DNA of 64,000 nt from Bacillota bacterium (GCA_023395515.1 JAEWZB010000121.1:4365-68364), one strand, 5' to 3'. Shown: positions 28,331 to 39,194, counted from the first letter of the stretch. Numbers and translations: made by a program. The notes: generated by a model not told the origin, from the sequence alone.

Positions 28331-29029
28331 ATGTCAGTAATTACTATGAAACAACTTCTTGAAGCAGGGGTCCACTTTGGACATCAAACCCGTCGGTGGA
28401 ATCCTAAGATGGCAACTTATATCTATATGGAGAGAAATGGTATTTATATCATTGATCTGCAGCAAACCGTGAAGAAATTCGAAGAAGCTTATGAGTTTGT
28501 AAAAAGTGTAGCTGTGGACGGAAAAGGAGTTCTTTTTGTAGGTACGAAGAAACAAGCTCAGGAAACTATTAAAGAGGAAGCTATCAGGTCTAATATGTAC
28601 TTTGTCAATCAGCGTTGGTTGGGTGGCATGTTAACCAACTATAAGACGATTAGAAAAAGAGTATTAAGGTTAAAACAGCTGGAAAAAATGGAAGCAGAAG
28701 GAGCTTTTGACGTTTTAACCAAAAAAGAAGTGGCAAAACTTATAAATGAGCGGGAAAGACTGGAAAGATTTTTAGGCGGTATTAAGGATATGGAAAAACT
28801 GCCCGGAGCTATTTTTGTAGTTGATCCCAGAAAAGAAAGAATTGCAGTAGCTGAAGCCAGAAAACTAAATATTCCTGTAGTAGCTATTGTTGATACTAAC
28901 TGTGATCCTGATGAAGTAGATTATGTTATCCCCGGTAATGATGATGCTATCAGAGCAGTAAAGCTTATAACTGGAAAAATGGCAGATGCTGTTCTGGAAG
29001 GCAGGCAAGGAGAACAAGTTACTGCTTAA
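28331..29029 (+). CDS. rpsB: 30S ribosomal protein S2
   Basis: 232 aa with [29 protein letters not shown] lies upstream. Confidence 0.97.
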   Translation: MSVITMKQLLEAGVHFGHQTRRWNPKMATYIYMERNGIYIIDLQQTVKKFEEAYEFVKSVAVDGKGVLFVGTKKQAQETIKEEAIRSNMYFVNQRWLGGMLTNYKTIRKRVLRLKQLEKMEAEGAFDVLTKKEVAKLINERERLERFLGGIKDMEKLPGAIFVVDPRKERIAVAEARKLNIPVVAIVDTNCDPDEVDYVIPGNDDAIRAVKLITGKMADAVLEGRQGEQVTA

Positions 29030-29038
29030 GTGATCAAC

Positions 29039-29071
29039 AAGGGGTGGATTTTTACTAAACACCCCTTTTTT
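29039..29071 (+). terminator. intrinsic terminator/attenuator between rpsB and tsf
   Basis: AAGGGGTG - 13-nt loop - CACCCCTT followed by TTTTTT. Confidence 0.7.
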
Positions 29072-29136
29072 GTACTATCATTAAAAAAACTGCCTATTGC
29101 TAAGGCAAAGGGTTAATTATAAATACATAGGAGGTT

Positions 29137-29790
29137 ATGAACTTGGTAACTGCTGCAATGGTAAAAGAGCTGCGTGAAAGAACTGGCGCAGGAATGATGG
29201 ATTGTAAAAAAGCTCTGGTTGAAACTAACGGTGACATTGAAAAAGCCATAGATGAATTAAGAACTAAAGGTTTGGCTAAAGCGGCCAAAAAGGCTGGTAG
29301 AGTTGCAAGTGAAGGCTTAGTTATATCTTATATTCATGGTGGCGGGAGAATCGGGGTATTAGTTGAAGTAAACTGTGAAACTGATTTTGTAGCTAAAACT
29401 GATGAGTTTAAACAACTTGCTTATGATATTGCTATGCAAATAGCCGCCTCTAATCCTGAATATGTTTCTCGTGAAGAAGTTCCGGAAACAGTTATTAATC
29501 ACGAAAAAGAAATTTTAAGAGCGCAAGCTTTAGAAGAAGGCAAACCGGAAAAGATTATTGATAAAATGATTGAAGGCAGAATTGAAAAGTACTTCAAAGA
29601 AAAATGCTTGCTGGAACAAGAGTTCATTAAAGATACCGATAAATCCGTTCAGGAATTAGTACATGAAAATGTGGCTAAAATTGGGGAAAATATTACGGTG
29701 CGCAGGTTTGCGAGATATGAAGTTGGAGAAGGTATTGAAAAAGAAGTCGTAGATTTTGCTACTGAAGTTATGTCGCAAATTAAATCTTAA
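29137..29790 (+). CDS. tsf: elongation factor Ts
   Basis: 217 aa with the N-terminal UBA-like [23 protein letters not shown]. Confidence 0.95.
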   Translation: MNLVTAAMVKELRERTGAGMMDCKKALVETNGDIEKAIDELRTKGLAKAAKKAGRVASEGLVISYIHGGGRIGVLVEVNCETDFVAKTDEFKQLAYDIAMQIAASNPEYVSREEVPETVINHEKEILRAQALEEGKPEKIIDKMIEGRIEKYFKEKCLLEQEFIKDTDKSVQELVHENVAKIGENITVRRFARYEVGEGIEKEVVDFATEVMSQIKS

Positions 29791-29823
29791 TATTAATAAT
29801 AATAGCGTCTGGGAGGTAGTATT

Positions 29824-30540
29824 TTGCAACAACCCAAGTATAAACGAGTCGTCCTAAAATTAAGTGGAGAGGCCCTAGCTGGAAATGACGGTTATGGTAT
29901 AAACCATGAGATAATATCTTCTATTTCTAAGCAAGTGGTAGAAGTTGTTAATTTAGGAGTACAGGTTGCAATCGTAGTAGGCGGAGGAAATATTTGGCGT
30001 GGTGTAGCAGGAAGTGCCCGGGGAATGGATCGGGCTACTGCTGACTATATGGGCATGCTGGCAACCGTAATTAATGCCTTGGCACTCCAAGACGCTCTGG
30101 AAAATCTTGATATGGGAACTAGAGTTCTATCTGCTATAGAAATGAAAGAAATTGCCGAACCTTATATTAGGCGCAGAGCTATCAGACATTTAGAAAAGGG
30201 TAGAGTAGTAATATTTGCCGCCGGAACCGGTAACCCATATTTTTCTACGGATACAGCCGCAGCCTTACGTTCAGCCGAGATAGAAGCTGATGTTATATTA
30301 ATGGCTAAAAAAGTTGATGGGGTATATGATTCAGATCCGGTTAAAAATCCCGATGCTAAGAAGTTTACGGATTTGGAATTTATTGATGTCCTTAATAAAG
30401 GGTTGGGTGTGATGGATTCAACGGCTGCTTCCTTGTGTATGGATAATAAAATACCTATTATTGTTTTTGATTTAACCCAGAATGGTAATATACTAAAAGC
30501 AGTATTGGGTGAGGATATAGGAACCTATGTAGGGAGGTAA
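29824..30540 (+). CDS. pyrH: UMP kinase
   Basis: 238 aa with [13 protein letters not shown] and [10 protein letters not shown]. Confidence 0.95.
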   Translation: MQQPKYKRVVLKLSGEALAGNDGYGINHEIISSISKQVVEVVNLGVQVAIVVGGGNIWRGVAGSARGMDRATADYMGMLATVINALALQDALENLDMGTRVLSAIEMKEIAEPYIRRRAIRHLEKGRVVIFAAGTGNPYFSTDTAAALRSAEIEADVILMAKKVDGVYDSDPVKNPDAKKFTDLEFIDVLNKGLGVMDSTAASLCMDNKIPIIVFDLTQNGNILKAVLGEDIGTYVGR

Positions 30541-30544
30541 TAAA

Positions 30545-31102
30545 GTGGTTAAAGATATTTTACTTGATGCTGAAGATCGCATGAAGAAATCTATTGAGCA
30601 TCTTAAAACCGACTTGGCATCCTTAAGGGCGGGCCGAGCAAATCCGGCCATGTTAGATAAAATTATGGTTGATTATTACGGAGAGCCTACCCCCATTAAC
30701 CAATTGGCTAACATAACGGTACCTGAGGCTAGATTACTGGTAATACAACCATGGGATAAGTCCAGTATAGCGGAAATAGAGAAAGCCATTTTAAAATCCG
30801 ACTTAGGGATTAATCCTAACAACGATGGTAATGTTATTCGGATTGCTATTCCCCAATTAACTGAAGAAAGACGAAAAGATTTAGTTAAGGTGGTCAAAAA
30901 GAGAGCCGAAGATAATAGAGTAGCTGTTCGTAATATTAGAAGAGAAGCTAATGACCTGTTAAAGTCCAGTGAAAAAGACAAGTTAATTTCCGAGGACGAA
31001 AACAAAAAGGGCATGGAAGATATTCAAAAACTAACTGATAAATACATCAAGGAAGTGGACAATATCTTACAAGCTAAAGAAAAAGACATAATGGAAGTCT
31101 AA
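30545..31102 (+). CDS. frr: ribosome recycling factor
   Basis: 185 aa with [15 protein letters not shown]... Confidence 0.95.
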   Translation: MVKDILLDAEDRMKKSIEHLKTDLASLRAGRANPAMLDKIMVDYYGEPTPINQLANITVPEARLLVIQPWDKSSIAEIEKAILKSDLGINPNNDGNVIRIAIPQLTEERRKDLVKVVKKRAEDNRVAVRNIRREANDLLKSSEKDKLISEDENKKGMEDIQKLTDKYIKEVDNILQAKEKDIMEV

Positions 31103-31128
31103 TGATTTATATTTTTGATTCGGGATAT

Positions 31129-31150
31129 ACCCCCTTTTAGGGGGTTTTTA
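31129..31150 (+). terminator. intrinsic terminator after frr
   Basis: ACCCCC - tttta - GGGGGT followed by TTTT. Confidence 0.7.
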
Positions 31151-31192
31151 ATTTATACTATCAGATCAGTATAAAATGAGAAGAGGGGTATT

Positions 31193-31942
31193 TTGAGTAA
31201 AAGCCAACTAAACTATAAAAACTTGATTAATCCCCAAAAACTACCGCGCCATATTGCTATAATTATGGATGGCAATGGCAGATGGGCTAAGAAAAAATTT
31301 ATGCCCCGTACTATGGGACATCGAGCCGGTATGAGTTCCTTGAAAAAGGTAGTTACCGCTTCCTCACAGATGGGCATATCCATTCTTACGGTTTTTGCTT
31401 TCTCAACTGAAAATTGGAAAAGACCAACTGAAGAAGTAAACTTTTTAATGAATTTATTAGTTGAATATTTACATAAGGAATTAGATGAGCTCCATGAAAA
31501 TAATGTCCGGATTAATATGTTAGGAGACCGGCAAACTTTACCTTCAATTTGTCAAAATGAAATAGATGCTGCTATTAAGAAGACGGCTAACAATAATGGG
31601 TTGCTTTTTAATATTGCTCTAAATTATGGGGCGCGGGATGAAATGTTGACGGCCATGAAAAGTCTCTTTAGCCAAGCCCAAGCTAATGAGATTTCCCTGG
31701 ATAATTTAACTGAAGAAATGTTCTCCAGTTTGTTGTATACTAAGGATATTGCCGATCCGGACCTGTTAATTAGAACAGCGGGGGAAAAAAGAATAAGCAA
31801 TTTTTTATTATGGCAGATAGCTTATAGTGAATTATGGTTTACCGAGGTTTTATGGCCTGATTTTACGGAACAGGATTTATGGCAGGCTATTTATGATTAT
31901 CAGCAAAGAGACCGCAGGTTTGGCGGATTAAGTCCAAAATGA
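31193..31942 (+). CDS. uppS: undecaprenyl diphosphate synthase
   Basis: 249 aa with HIAIIMDGNGRWA and FSTENWKRP. Confidence 0.95.
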   Translation: MSKSQLNYKNLINPQKLPRHIAIIMDGNGRWAKKKFMPRTMGHRAGMSSLKKVVTASSQMGISILTVFAFSTENWKRPTEEVNFLMNLLVEYLHKELDELHENNVRINMLGDRQTLPSICQNEIDAAIKKTANNNGLLFNIALNYGARDEMLTAMKSLFSQAQANEISLDNLTEEMFSSLLYTKDIADPDLLIRTAGEKRISNFLLWQIAYSELWFTEVLWPDFTEQDLWQAIYDYQQRDRRFGGLSPK

Positions 31943-31959
31943 CGGGATGAGATATTTTA

Positions 31960-32745
31960 ATGTTAAAAGAAAGAATTATTAGTACAATAGTAGGTGTACC
32001 CTTAATAGTAGCTATCCTATATACCGGGGGAGTATATTGGATAGTGTTTTTTGCTTTACTAGGTCTAGGGGGACTTTATGAATTTAATAAAATGATTAGC
32101 AAAGAATATCAACCCATGTGGGTTTTCAGTATTTTATTAATGTTAATTATAATGTTTCATAGCTATAATGATTTATTAATTCCATCCTTAGTTCTTTTTA
32201 TGTTTATAATAGTTATATACTTAGTAATAAAGTTTCCGCAAACTACTATAATCGACATGGCTCTCAGCTTATTGCCTGCATTATATTTAGGCTTTTCTTT
32301 AAGTTTTGCCATACTGCTCAATAATCAACCTCATGCTTTTCTAATCATGCTAGTTTTGTTTTTATTTACTTGGAGTAGTGATGTAGGCGGCTATGTTTTT
32401 GGGAGGTTATGGGGAAAACATAAATTAGCCCCTCTCTTAAGTCCCAATAAAACTTGGGAAGGTTCTATGGGAGGCATAGTTTTAACTATTATTGCCGCAG
32501 TACTTCTTTTTAATGGGGCTGGACTGGGCCATCAAAATATAGTTAGTATAATTATTCTAGGTATTTTATCAAGTATTGCTGCGCAATTAGGAGATTTATT
32601 TATGTCGGGAGTAAAACGGATATTTTCCATAAAGGATTCCGGTAATTTAATTCCCGGGCATGGTGGAATTTTGGACCGGTTTGATAGTTTTCTATTGGTT
32701 TTACCTATTGTATACTGTTGTATTTATTATGGTAAAATCTTATAA
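31960..32745 (+). CDS. cdsA: phosphatidate cytidylyltransferase
   Basis: 261 aa polytopic protein with the CTP-transferase signature SGVKRIFSIKDSGNLIPGHGGILDRFDS. Confidence 0.9.
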   Translation: MLKERIISTIVGVPLIVAILYTGGVYWIVFFALLGLGGLYEFNKMISKEYQPMWVFSILLMLIIMFHSYNDLLIPSLVLFMFIIVIYLVIKFPQTTIIDMALSLLPALYLGFSLSFAILLNNQPHAFLIMLVLFLFTWSSDVGGYVFGRLWGKHKLAPLLSPNKTWEGSMGGIVLTIIAAVLLFNGAGLGHQNIVSIIILGILSSIAAQLGDLFMSGVKRIFSIKDSGNLIPGHGGILDRFDSFLLVLPIVYCCIYYGKIL

Positions 32746-32811
32746 AGAAGAATTGGCTGGTTTTAAATAATTATTAATTCTTATTCTGCTGCAAAAAGTT
32801 ATTATTCGTTA

Positions 32812-33066
32812 GTTGAATGTATAAATATTCCGTCACCAGACTTCGCATGGGGAAACACCAACTGCTTGTCTCAAGAATAAAGGGGTACCGGGCCAAAATC
32901 ACATCCTTAATGGTGAACGATAGTGAACATCGGGAGTGCCCGTGAGTACATCCTGTTCAGTGGCCCGCTCACCTCGTCCATGAGGTTCGCCCCCTTTCTT
33001 CTTGAGCCTTCGCAGGGTGTATCCGCCATGCTGCGTCAACGGCTCCTACATATTTATACATTCAAC
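32812..33066 (+). repeat. interspersed ~255-nt GC-rich structured element, copy A (candidate ncRNA or non-autonomous mobile element)
   Basis: A perfect 17-bp closing inverted repeat GTTGAATGTATAAATAT (32812-28) / ATATTTATACATTCAAC (33050-66). Nested helices: GCATGG/CCATGC, ACACC/GGTGT, CTGC/GCAG, a 15-of-16-bp CTCAAGAAtAAAGGGG/CCCCTTTcTTCTTGAG, CGGGCCA/TGGCCCG, CGGG-agtg-CCCG and ACCTC-gtccat-GAGGT. A 65-nt 5' interior stretch counted by hand is ~55% GC. The 5' ~65 nt are ~85-90% identical to 63932-64000. Confidence 0.75.
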
Positions 33067-33100
33067 ATGATAAATTAAGGTTAATTTAAAATTAAAACTG

Positions 33101-34231
33101 ATGGGTGAGGATAATATGGATCCTGAATTAACTAGATATTTAAAAACTTTAACTAAACTGGCCATCTTGGTTATGGCGTTAGTGGCTATTTATTTGTTGT
33201 TTACTTATGTTTTTCCCATAGCCGGTAAAATGCTGTCATATTTACCGTCACTGCTGATGCCCTTTATAATTGCGGTTCTTTTGGCCATTATAATTGAACC
33301 GGTAGTAGTATTTTTTGAAACTAAAGCTAGATTAAAAAGAAGTTGGTCGGTTGCGCTTAGTTTAACCTTAGTAGTAGGTGGTTTTATATATTTAGTTTCA
33401 TTATTAATTGCTAAGATAATGCAAGAAATTTCCGGTATGACTCCTCAGTTAATAAAGTATTCTGATGGAGTAGTACAAAAGATAATAGCGGCAGTCAGTG
33501 ATTTTAGAGTGCTTTATTTGAAATTAAACTTACCGATTGAAGTGCAAAATGCTATCCAGGATAATTTGCAAAATTCCATAACGGTAATACGTCAATTCAT
33601 GGAAAGCAGTGTTAACTCTCTAGCCAAGTTATTAACCGTATTACCCGATATGTTTGTAGTTATTATGATTGCTACCGTAGCCACCTTTTTTATCATTAAA
33701 GACCGGGCGTTACTTAAAATTTTCTTTTTACAGCTTATACCGGGCAATGCCAGATCTAAAACTAGAGATGTTACCACTGAGCTTTTTAAATCCTTTATCG
33801 GTTTTCTGAAAGCCTATAGTATTTTAATTACCATAACTGCAATAGTTACTATGATTGGCCTTAAAATCCTGGGGGCTAAGTATATACTGACTATCGGTAT
33901 TGTAGTGGGCCTTTTGGATATTTTACCTATTTTGGGTCCGGGAACCTTTTTTATTCCGTGGATCATCTGGGAATTTATTTCCGGTAACACCGGCTTCGGA
34001 ATTAGTTTAGTAGTTTTATATGGAATCATCTCAGTAGTAAGGCAATTTTTAGAACCGAAAATAATTGGAGATAATATAGGCTTACACCCTTTGGCCACCT
34101 TGTTTTCTTTATATGTGGGGTTAAGGCTGGGAGGAATTGTGGGCATGATTTTAGGTCCCGTCTTAATTGTTATTATCATGGCCAGCTACCGGGTAGGTAT
34201 TTTTGATGGTATCAACTGGAGGAAGCGTTAA
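33101..34231 (+). CDS. ytvI: AI-2E/PerM family membrane protein, YtvI-like (sporulation integral membrane protein)
   Basis: 376 aa polytopic protein. The C-terminal conserved block is ILPILGPGTFFIPWIIW...PKIIGDNIGLHPLATLFSLYVGLRLGGIVGMILGPV. ATG 33116 (MDPELT...) behind GGTGAGGA is the more likely start. Confidence 0.7.
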   Translation: MGEDNMDPELTRYLKTLTKLAILVMALVAIYLLFTYVFPIAGKMLSYLPSLLMPFIIAVLLAIIIEPVVVFFETKARLKRSWSVALSLTLVVGGFIYLVSLLIAKIMQEISGMTPQLIKYSDGVVQKIIAAVSDFRVLYLKLNLPIEVQNAIQDNLQNSITVIRQFMESSVNSLAKLLTVLPDMFVVIMIATVATFFIIKDRALLKIFFLQLIPGNARSKTRDVTTELFKSFIGFLKAYSILITITAIVTMIGLKILGAKYILTIGIVVGLLDILPILGPGTFFIPWIIWEFISGNTGFGISLVVLYGIISVVRQFLEPKIIGDNIGLHPLATLFSLYVGLRLGGIVGMILGPVLIVIIMASYRVGIFDGINWRKR

Positions 34232-35394
34232 TGACGGCTCAACAGAATATTATAGTTTTGGGCTCAACCGGTTCGATTGGAACTCAAACTTTAGAAATAG
34301 TAGATAATTATCCGGAAAAATTTAAAGTAGTTGGTTTAGCCGCTAAAGATGAAGTGGCAGAGCTTAACCGGCAAATAAAAAAATATAGGCCGGAAATGGT
34401 AGCAGTAGCAACTGAGGCAGCTTATGGGGAGCTGCAAAGAGAATGGGGAAATCAGATCAAAATTGGGTTAGGTACTCAGGGTTTATGTGAAGTTGCGGCA
34501 TTAGCCGCGGCTGATACTGTATTAGTGGCTTTAAGTGGGGCAGTAGGTATTTTGCCTACTATGGCGGCCATTAAAGCTAAAAAACGTATTGCTTTAGCTA
34601 ATAAAGAAACCTTAGTAGCGGCTGGTGACATCGTAATGGAGGAAGCCAGGATTAATCAAGTAGAGTTGCTTCCGGTAGATAGTGAACATTCGGCAGTTTT
34701 TCAGTGTTTGCTGGGTGAAGAGAAGTTTTTAGAAAATATTTGGCTAACTGCTTCGGGAGGGCCTTTTAAAAATTACTCTTTAGAAGAATTGGAACAAGTT
34801 ACGGTAGAAATGGCTCTCAAACATCCTAATTGGAATATGGGCCCTAAAATTACTATTGACTCTGCTACCCTAATGAACAAGGGTTTAGAAGTGATAGAGG
34901 CTCATCATTTGTTCAATGCCCCTTACGAAAATATTAAAGTGGTTATTCAACCGGAAAGTATCATCCATTCCATGGTGGAGCTTAATGATGGTTCTTTTCT
35001 GGCTCATCTGGGCACTCCCAACATGAAAATACCTATCCAATATGCTTTAACTTACCCGGAGCGAATAAATACCGGGGTCGAAAAACTTGACTTTTATAAA
35101 TTAGGGGAGATACATTTTAAGCGGCCGGATATGACCAGATTTCCCGCTTTAAAATTAGCTTATGAAGCAGGTATAACCGGTGGCAGTATGCCCACCGTAC
35201 TTAATGCAGCTAATGAAGTAGCAGTTAATTATTTCTTAGGTGGGGTAATTAAATTTACCCAGATACCGGTTATAGTTGAACAGGTGATGCTAAAACATTC
35301 GGCTATGGCAACTCCTGATTTATCAGCTATATTAGAAATTGACCAATGGGCCAGAACCAGATGTAGTGAATTAATTGCTAAGGAGGTTAATTAA
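34231..35394 (+). CDS. dxr: 1-deoxy-D-xylulose 5-phosphate reductoisomerase
   Basis: 387 aa with LGSTGSIGTQTL, LANKE and PVDSEHSA. Confidence 0.95.
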   Translation: MTAQQNIIVLGSTGSIGTQTLEIVDNYPEKFKVVGLAAKDEVAELNRQIKKYRPEMVAVATEAAYGELQREWGNQIKIGLGTQGLCEVAALAAADTVLVALSGAVGILPTMAAIKAKKRIALANKETLVAAGDIVMEEARINQVELLPVDSEHSAVFQCLLGEEKFLENIWLTASGGPFKNYSLEELEQVTVEMALKHPNWNMGPKITIDSATLMNKGLEVIEAHHLFNAPYENIKVVIQPESIIHSMVELNDGSFLAHLGTPNMKIPIQYALTYPERINTGVEKLDFYKLGEIHFKRPDMTRFPALKLAYEAGITGGSMPTVLNAANEVAVNYFLGGVIKFTQIPVIVEQVMLKHSAMATPDLSAILEIDQWARTRCSELIAKEVN

Positions 35395-36419
35395 TGTCAG
35401 TTATTATTACGCTTTTAATAATAGCAGTTCTTGTATTAGTTCATGAATGGGGGCATTTCATAACTGCCCGGCGTATAGGAATACCAGTACATGAATTTGC
35501 TTTAGGTTTTGGGTATAAGCTTTTTTCTATAAAGAAAGATGGGGTTGAATACTCGATTAGACTTATACCTTTAGGCGGATTTGTCCGCATGGCCGGAGAA
35601 GAATTAGGCGATCTTAGTGAACCGAGCGGCTACAGTAATAGGACTCCCTTGGAGAAAATAAGGGTAGCTTTCGCCGGTCCTTTTATGAATTTTGTTTTAG
35701 CTGTACTAGTTTTTATTTATATTTATACTTTTATAGGTATACCCCACTCTACTGATGAGCCTATTTTAGGCAAGGTGATGGAAGATAAACCGGCTTATGC
35801 AGGCGGATTGCGGGAAAACGACCGGGTTATTGAAATTAACGGTATTAAGGTTAATACCTGGAATGATTTTACCCAGCATATTGTTCAAACTGAAAAAGGA
35901 GCCTCCATGGAAATGCTGGTGGAACGTAATGGACAAATGCAAACCTTTACTATAAAGCCTGAGCCCAATGAAAGTAACGGTCAGCCTGCTATAGGAGTAC
36001 TAAGTAAGCTCATTTATGAAAAACAAAATATTTTAACTTCTATAGTTTTTGGTTTACAGCAAACTTATGAATTAACCCTGCTATTATTGGCGGGATTATG
36101 GACGATGATTACCGGTGGAGCTTCTATGCAAGACTTAGCCGGCCCGGTAGGAATTACTAAGCTGGTGGGAGAGGCGGCTGAAATAGGAATCGTATATTTA
36201 TTAAATTTTGCCGCCTTTTTAAGTATAAACTTAGGTATTTTAAATCTTCTGCCCATTCCGGCTTTAGATGGAAGTAAAATAGTATTTGCCACTATTGAAG
36301 GTATCCGTAGGAAACCAATTGAACCGGAAAAAGAAGGCTTTATTCATTGGTTAGGATTTTTATTCTTAATGTTATTAATTGTAGTAGTTACTTACAATGA
36401 TATAATCAAGCTATTTTAG
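35394..36419 (+). CDS. rseP: RIP site-2 zinc metalloprotease RseP/RasP
   Basis: 341 aa with HEWGHF (HExxH), a central PDZ domain and NLLPIPALDG. Confidence 0.9.
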   Translation: MSVIITLLIIAVLVLVHEWGHFITARRIGIPVHEFALGFGYKLFSIKKDGVEYSIRLIPLGGFVRMAGEELGDLSEPSGYSNRTPLEKIRVAFAGPFMNFVLAVLVFIYIYTFIGIPHSTDEPILGKVMEDKPAYAGGLRENDRVIEINGIKVNTWNDFTQHIVQTEKGASMEMLVERNGQMQTFTIKPEPNESNGQPAIGVLSKLIYEKQNILTSIVFGLQQTYELTLLLLAGLWTMITGGASMQDLAGPVGITKLVGEAAEIGIVYLLNFAAFLSINLGILNLLPIPALDGSKIVFATIEGIRRKPIEPEKEGFIHWLGFLFLMLLIVVVTYNDIIKLF

Positions 36420-36431
36420 GAATGAGTTGTA

Positions 36432-37481
36432 ATGAAAAGAGAAACTAAAGTAATTAAAATAGGTGATGTGGCTATTGGGGGTACTAATCCTATAGTAGTG
36501 CAATCCATGACTACTACTGATACCAGGGATACCCGGTCTACCGTGGCCCAAATTAAAAGGCTGGAGGCAGCCGGCTGTGAAATCGTAAGGGTAGCCGTAA
36601 TCGATGAAGAGGCGGCCGGGAATATTGCGCAAATAAAAAAAGGCATTAATATCCCTCTAATAGCCGATATTCATTTTGATTATAAATTGGCCTTAAAAAG
36701 CGTAGCCGCAGGAGCTGATGGCCTGCGCATAAATCCGGGTAATATAGGGGACCAAAATAAGGTTAAAGAGGTAGTAAAGGCTTGTAAGGATCAAGCTATA
36801 CCTATACGCATAGGGGTTAATGCCGGTTCCTTGGATAAAGCCATTTTAGCTAAATATGGGGAAATTAACGCCCTGGGCATGGTGGAAAGTGCTAAACAGA
36901 ATATAAGTATTTTAGAAGACATGGATTTTACCGATATAAAAATTTCTCTTAAAGCATCCGCAGTTCAGCTAACCGTAGAGGCCTATAAGTTAATGGCCGC
37001 CGAAGTTTCTTACCCATTACATCTGGGTATCACGGAAGCCGGTACTAAAGATCGGGGCCTGATAAAATCGGCCTTGGGTTTAGGGATGTTATTAAGCCAA
37101 GGTATTGGCGACACCATAAGGGTATCCTTAACTGCCGATCCGGTAGAAGAAGTTTGGGCTGCTTATGAAATATTAAGAAATCTTAATTTGCGTAACCGGG
37201 GCATAGAAATAGTATCCTGTCCTACTTGCGGAAGATGCGAAATTGACCTTATTAATATTGCCGAAGCCGTGGACAAGGAGTTACGGGATATAGACAAGCC
37301 GATTAAAATTGCGGTTATGGGCTGTGTAGTAAACGGGCCGGGGGAAGCTAAAGAGGCTGACTTTGGCATCGCCGGAGGGCGAGGTTTAGGACTCTTATTT
37401 AAAAAAGGCGAGATTATAAGAAAAGTTAAAGAAGAAGAACTGGTAAATGAACTATTAAAAGAAATACACAATTCATTCTAG
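36432..37481 (+). CDS. ispG: HMBPP synthase IspG
   Basis: 349 aa with IVVQSMT and Fe-S cysteines CPTCGRC and GCVVNGPGE. Confidence 0.95.
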   Translation: MKRETKVIKIGDVAIGGTNPIVVQSMTTTDTRDTRSTVAQIKRLEAAGCEIVRVAVIDEEAAGNIAQIKKGINIPLIADIHFDYKLALKSVAAGADGLRINPGNIGDQNKVKEVVKACKDQAIPIRIGVNAGSLDKAILAKYGEINALGMVESAKQNISILEDMDFTDIKISLKASAVQLTVEAYKLMAAEVSYPLHLGITEAGTKDRGLIKSALGLGMLLSQGIGDTIRVSLTADPVEEVWAAYEILRNLNLRNRGIEIVSCPTCGRCEIDLINIAEAVDKELRDIDKPIKIAVMGCVVNGPGEAKEADFGIAGGRGLGLLFKKGEIIRKVKEEELVNELLKEIHNSF

Positions 37482-37487
37482 GAGGTA

Positions 37488-39194
37488 TTGGCCGTGAAGT
37501 CATCAGAACTTTTTTATCCCACCCTTAGAGAAGTACCTAGTGAAGCGGAAATTGTCAGTCACCAATTGCTTTTAAGAGCAGGATTTATCAGGAGAGCTAC
37601 GGCAGGAGTTTATACTTATCTGCCTTTAGGATATCGGGTAATAAGAAAGATAATGCAGATAGTCCGGGAAGAAATGGATAGGGCCGGGGGTCAGGAAGTA
37701 TTAATGCCTATTATCCAACCTCGGGAATTATGGGAAGCATCAGGCCGGTGGTCAGTTTATGGGGATGAAATGTTTCGTTTAACTGACCGGCATAACCGTC
37801 ATTTTGCTTTAGGCCCTACCCATGAAGAATTAATAACTACCTTAGTAGATGGTGATGTTCACTCTTATCGTGATTTGCCTTTGCTTTTATACCAGATGCA
37901 AAATAAATACCGGGATGAAATCAGACCCCGTTTTGGTTTGATGCGGGGCCGGGAATTTATTATGAAAGACTTATATTCTTTCGATATCGATGATAAAGCT
38001 TTGGACATATCTTACCGTAAAATGTATGAAGCTTATAATCGCATTTATGAAAGGTTAAATCTTAAATTTAGAGTAGTAGAAGCGGATAGTGGTGCAATTG
38101 GCGGTAATGAAAGCCACGAGTTTATGGTTTTAGCTGAAACGGGAGAATCGGAAATAGTGTACTGCGAAAAATGTAATTATGCGGCTAATGTGGAGAAAGC
38201 CGAATGTATTATGCCTGAGGCTGATCAAAAGGAAGCCCGGCTGGAAATTGCCAAAATCCATACTCCCGGTCAAAAAACTATCCAGGATATAGTTGACCAT
38301 TTTAATATTCCTCATGAAAAACAGATTAAAACCCTGATGTATTTGGCTGACCAAGAATTAGTGGCCGTAGTTTTAAGGGGAGACCGGGAGCTAAATGAGA
38401 TTAAACTGAAAAATGCTCTAGGCTGTAATACAGTATTTATGGCAGATGAGAGAACGGTTAGCGAAGCATGTAGAGCCGGATTTGGTTCTCTGGGTCCGGT
38501 AGGATTAAATATTAAAGTATATGCCGATCTGGAAGTTACTAAGATGTATAATTTTGCTTGTGGTGCTAATGAAAATGATTACCACTACATTAATGTTAAT
38601 CTGGGGCGGGATTTTGTCCCCGAAAAAATATTAGATTTAAGAAATGCGGTAGCCGGAGATTTATGTCCGGAGTGCAGTGAACCATTATTTGTAGTCCGGG
38701 GCATTGAAGTTGGGCATATATTTAAACTGGGTACTAAGTATTCCCAAGCCCTGGGAGCAACATTTTTAGATGCAGAAGGTCAAGAAAAACCAATGGTAAT
38801 GGGATGTTATGGTATTGGGGTTTCCCGAACTATGGCGGCTGCGGTGGAGCAGAATTATGATGAACATGGAATCATCTGGCCGATACCTATTGCTCCTTAT
38901 CATGTAATAGTAGTAACCGTTAATGTGAAAAATGAAGAATTAAATACGGCCGCTCTATCAATCTATGATGAACTAACTGCCGCCGGTATCGAAGTTATTT
39001 TAGATGACCGGGATGAAAGAGCCGGAGTTAAATTCAAAGATGCTGATTTGATAGGCATTCCGATCCGAATTACCATAGGACCAAAGTCTTGGCAGGAAAA
39101 CCAGGTGGAAGTGAAGAAAAGAGGGAAAGATGAATCTGTATTAGTAGACAGAGCCTTAGTTTTGGAAACGATTATGAGTATGGTTAACCCTTAA
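37488..39194 (+). CDS. proS: prolyl-tRNA synthetase (bacterial type with INS editing domain)
   Basis: 568 aa with class II aaRS motifs (FRDEIRPRFGLMRGREF, GCYGIGVSR). A GTG two codons into the ORF, better spaced from SD AGGAGG, may be the real start. There is no T-box leader, because the gene abuts ispG. Confidence 0.95.
   Translation: MAVKSSELFYPTLREVPSEAEIVSHQLLLRAGFIRRATAGVYTYLPLGYRVIRKIMQIVREEMDRAGGQEVLMPIIQPRELWEASGRWSVYGDEMFRLTDRHNRHFALGPTHEELITTLVDGDVHSYRDLPLLLYQMQNKYRDEIRPRFGLMRGREFIMKDLYSFDIDDKALDISYRKMYEAYNRIYERLNLKFRVVEADSGAIGGNESHEFMVLAETGESEIVYCEKCNYAANVEKAECIMPEADQKEARLEIAKIHTPGQKTIQDIVDHFNIPHEKQIKTLMYLADQELVAVVLRGDRELNEIKLKNALGCNTVFMADERTVSEACRAGFGSLGPVGLNIKVYADLEVTKMYNFACGANENDYHYINVNLGRDFVPEKILDLRNAVAGDLCPECSEPLFVVRGIEVGHIFKLGTKYSQALGATFLDAEGQEKPMVMGCYGIGVSRTMAAAVEQNYDEHGIIWPIPIAPYHVIVVTVNVKNEELNTAALSIYDELTAAGIEVILDDRDERAGVKFKDADLIGIPIRITIGPKSWQENQVEVKKRGKDESVLVDRALVLETIMSMVNP

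Noticed and set aside
32847-32945. 32-codon ORF (MGKHQLLVSRIKGYRAKITSLMVNDSEHRECP) inside structured element copy A, and a 44-codon ORF on its reverse strand
   Set aside because: Copy B has a 1-nt deletion just after the ATG (CATGGG-AAAC), which shifts the frame. There is no SD and the peptide is neither hydrophobic nor toxin-like, so a small protein or type I toxin reading is unsupported.
32812-33066. Possibility that the 255-nt element is SRP (scRNA), 6S RNA or another housekeeping RNA
   Set aside because: The size and rod-like fold are superficially compatible. However, I find no SRP helix-8 motif (GNRA loop with AGCA/GGAA-type symmetric loop). The element is longer than 6S with no obvious central bubble architecture. 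It is also multi-copy with a 17-bp perfect AT-rich closing repeat, which is unlike those RNAs.
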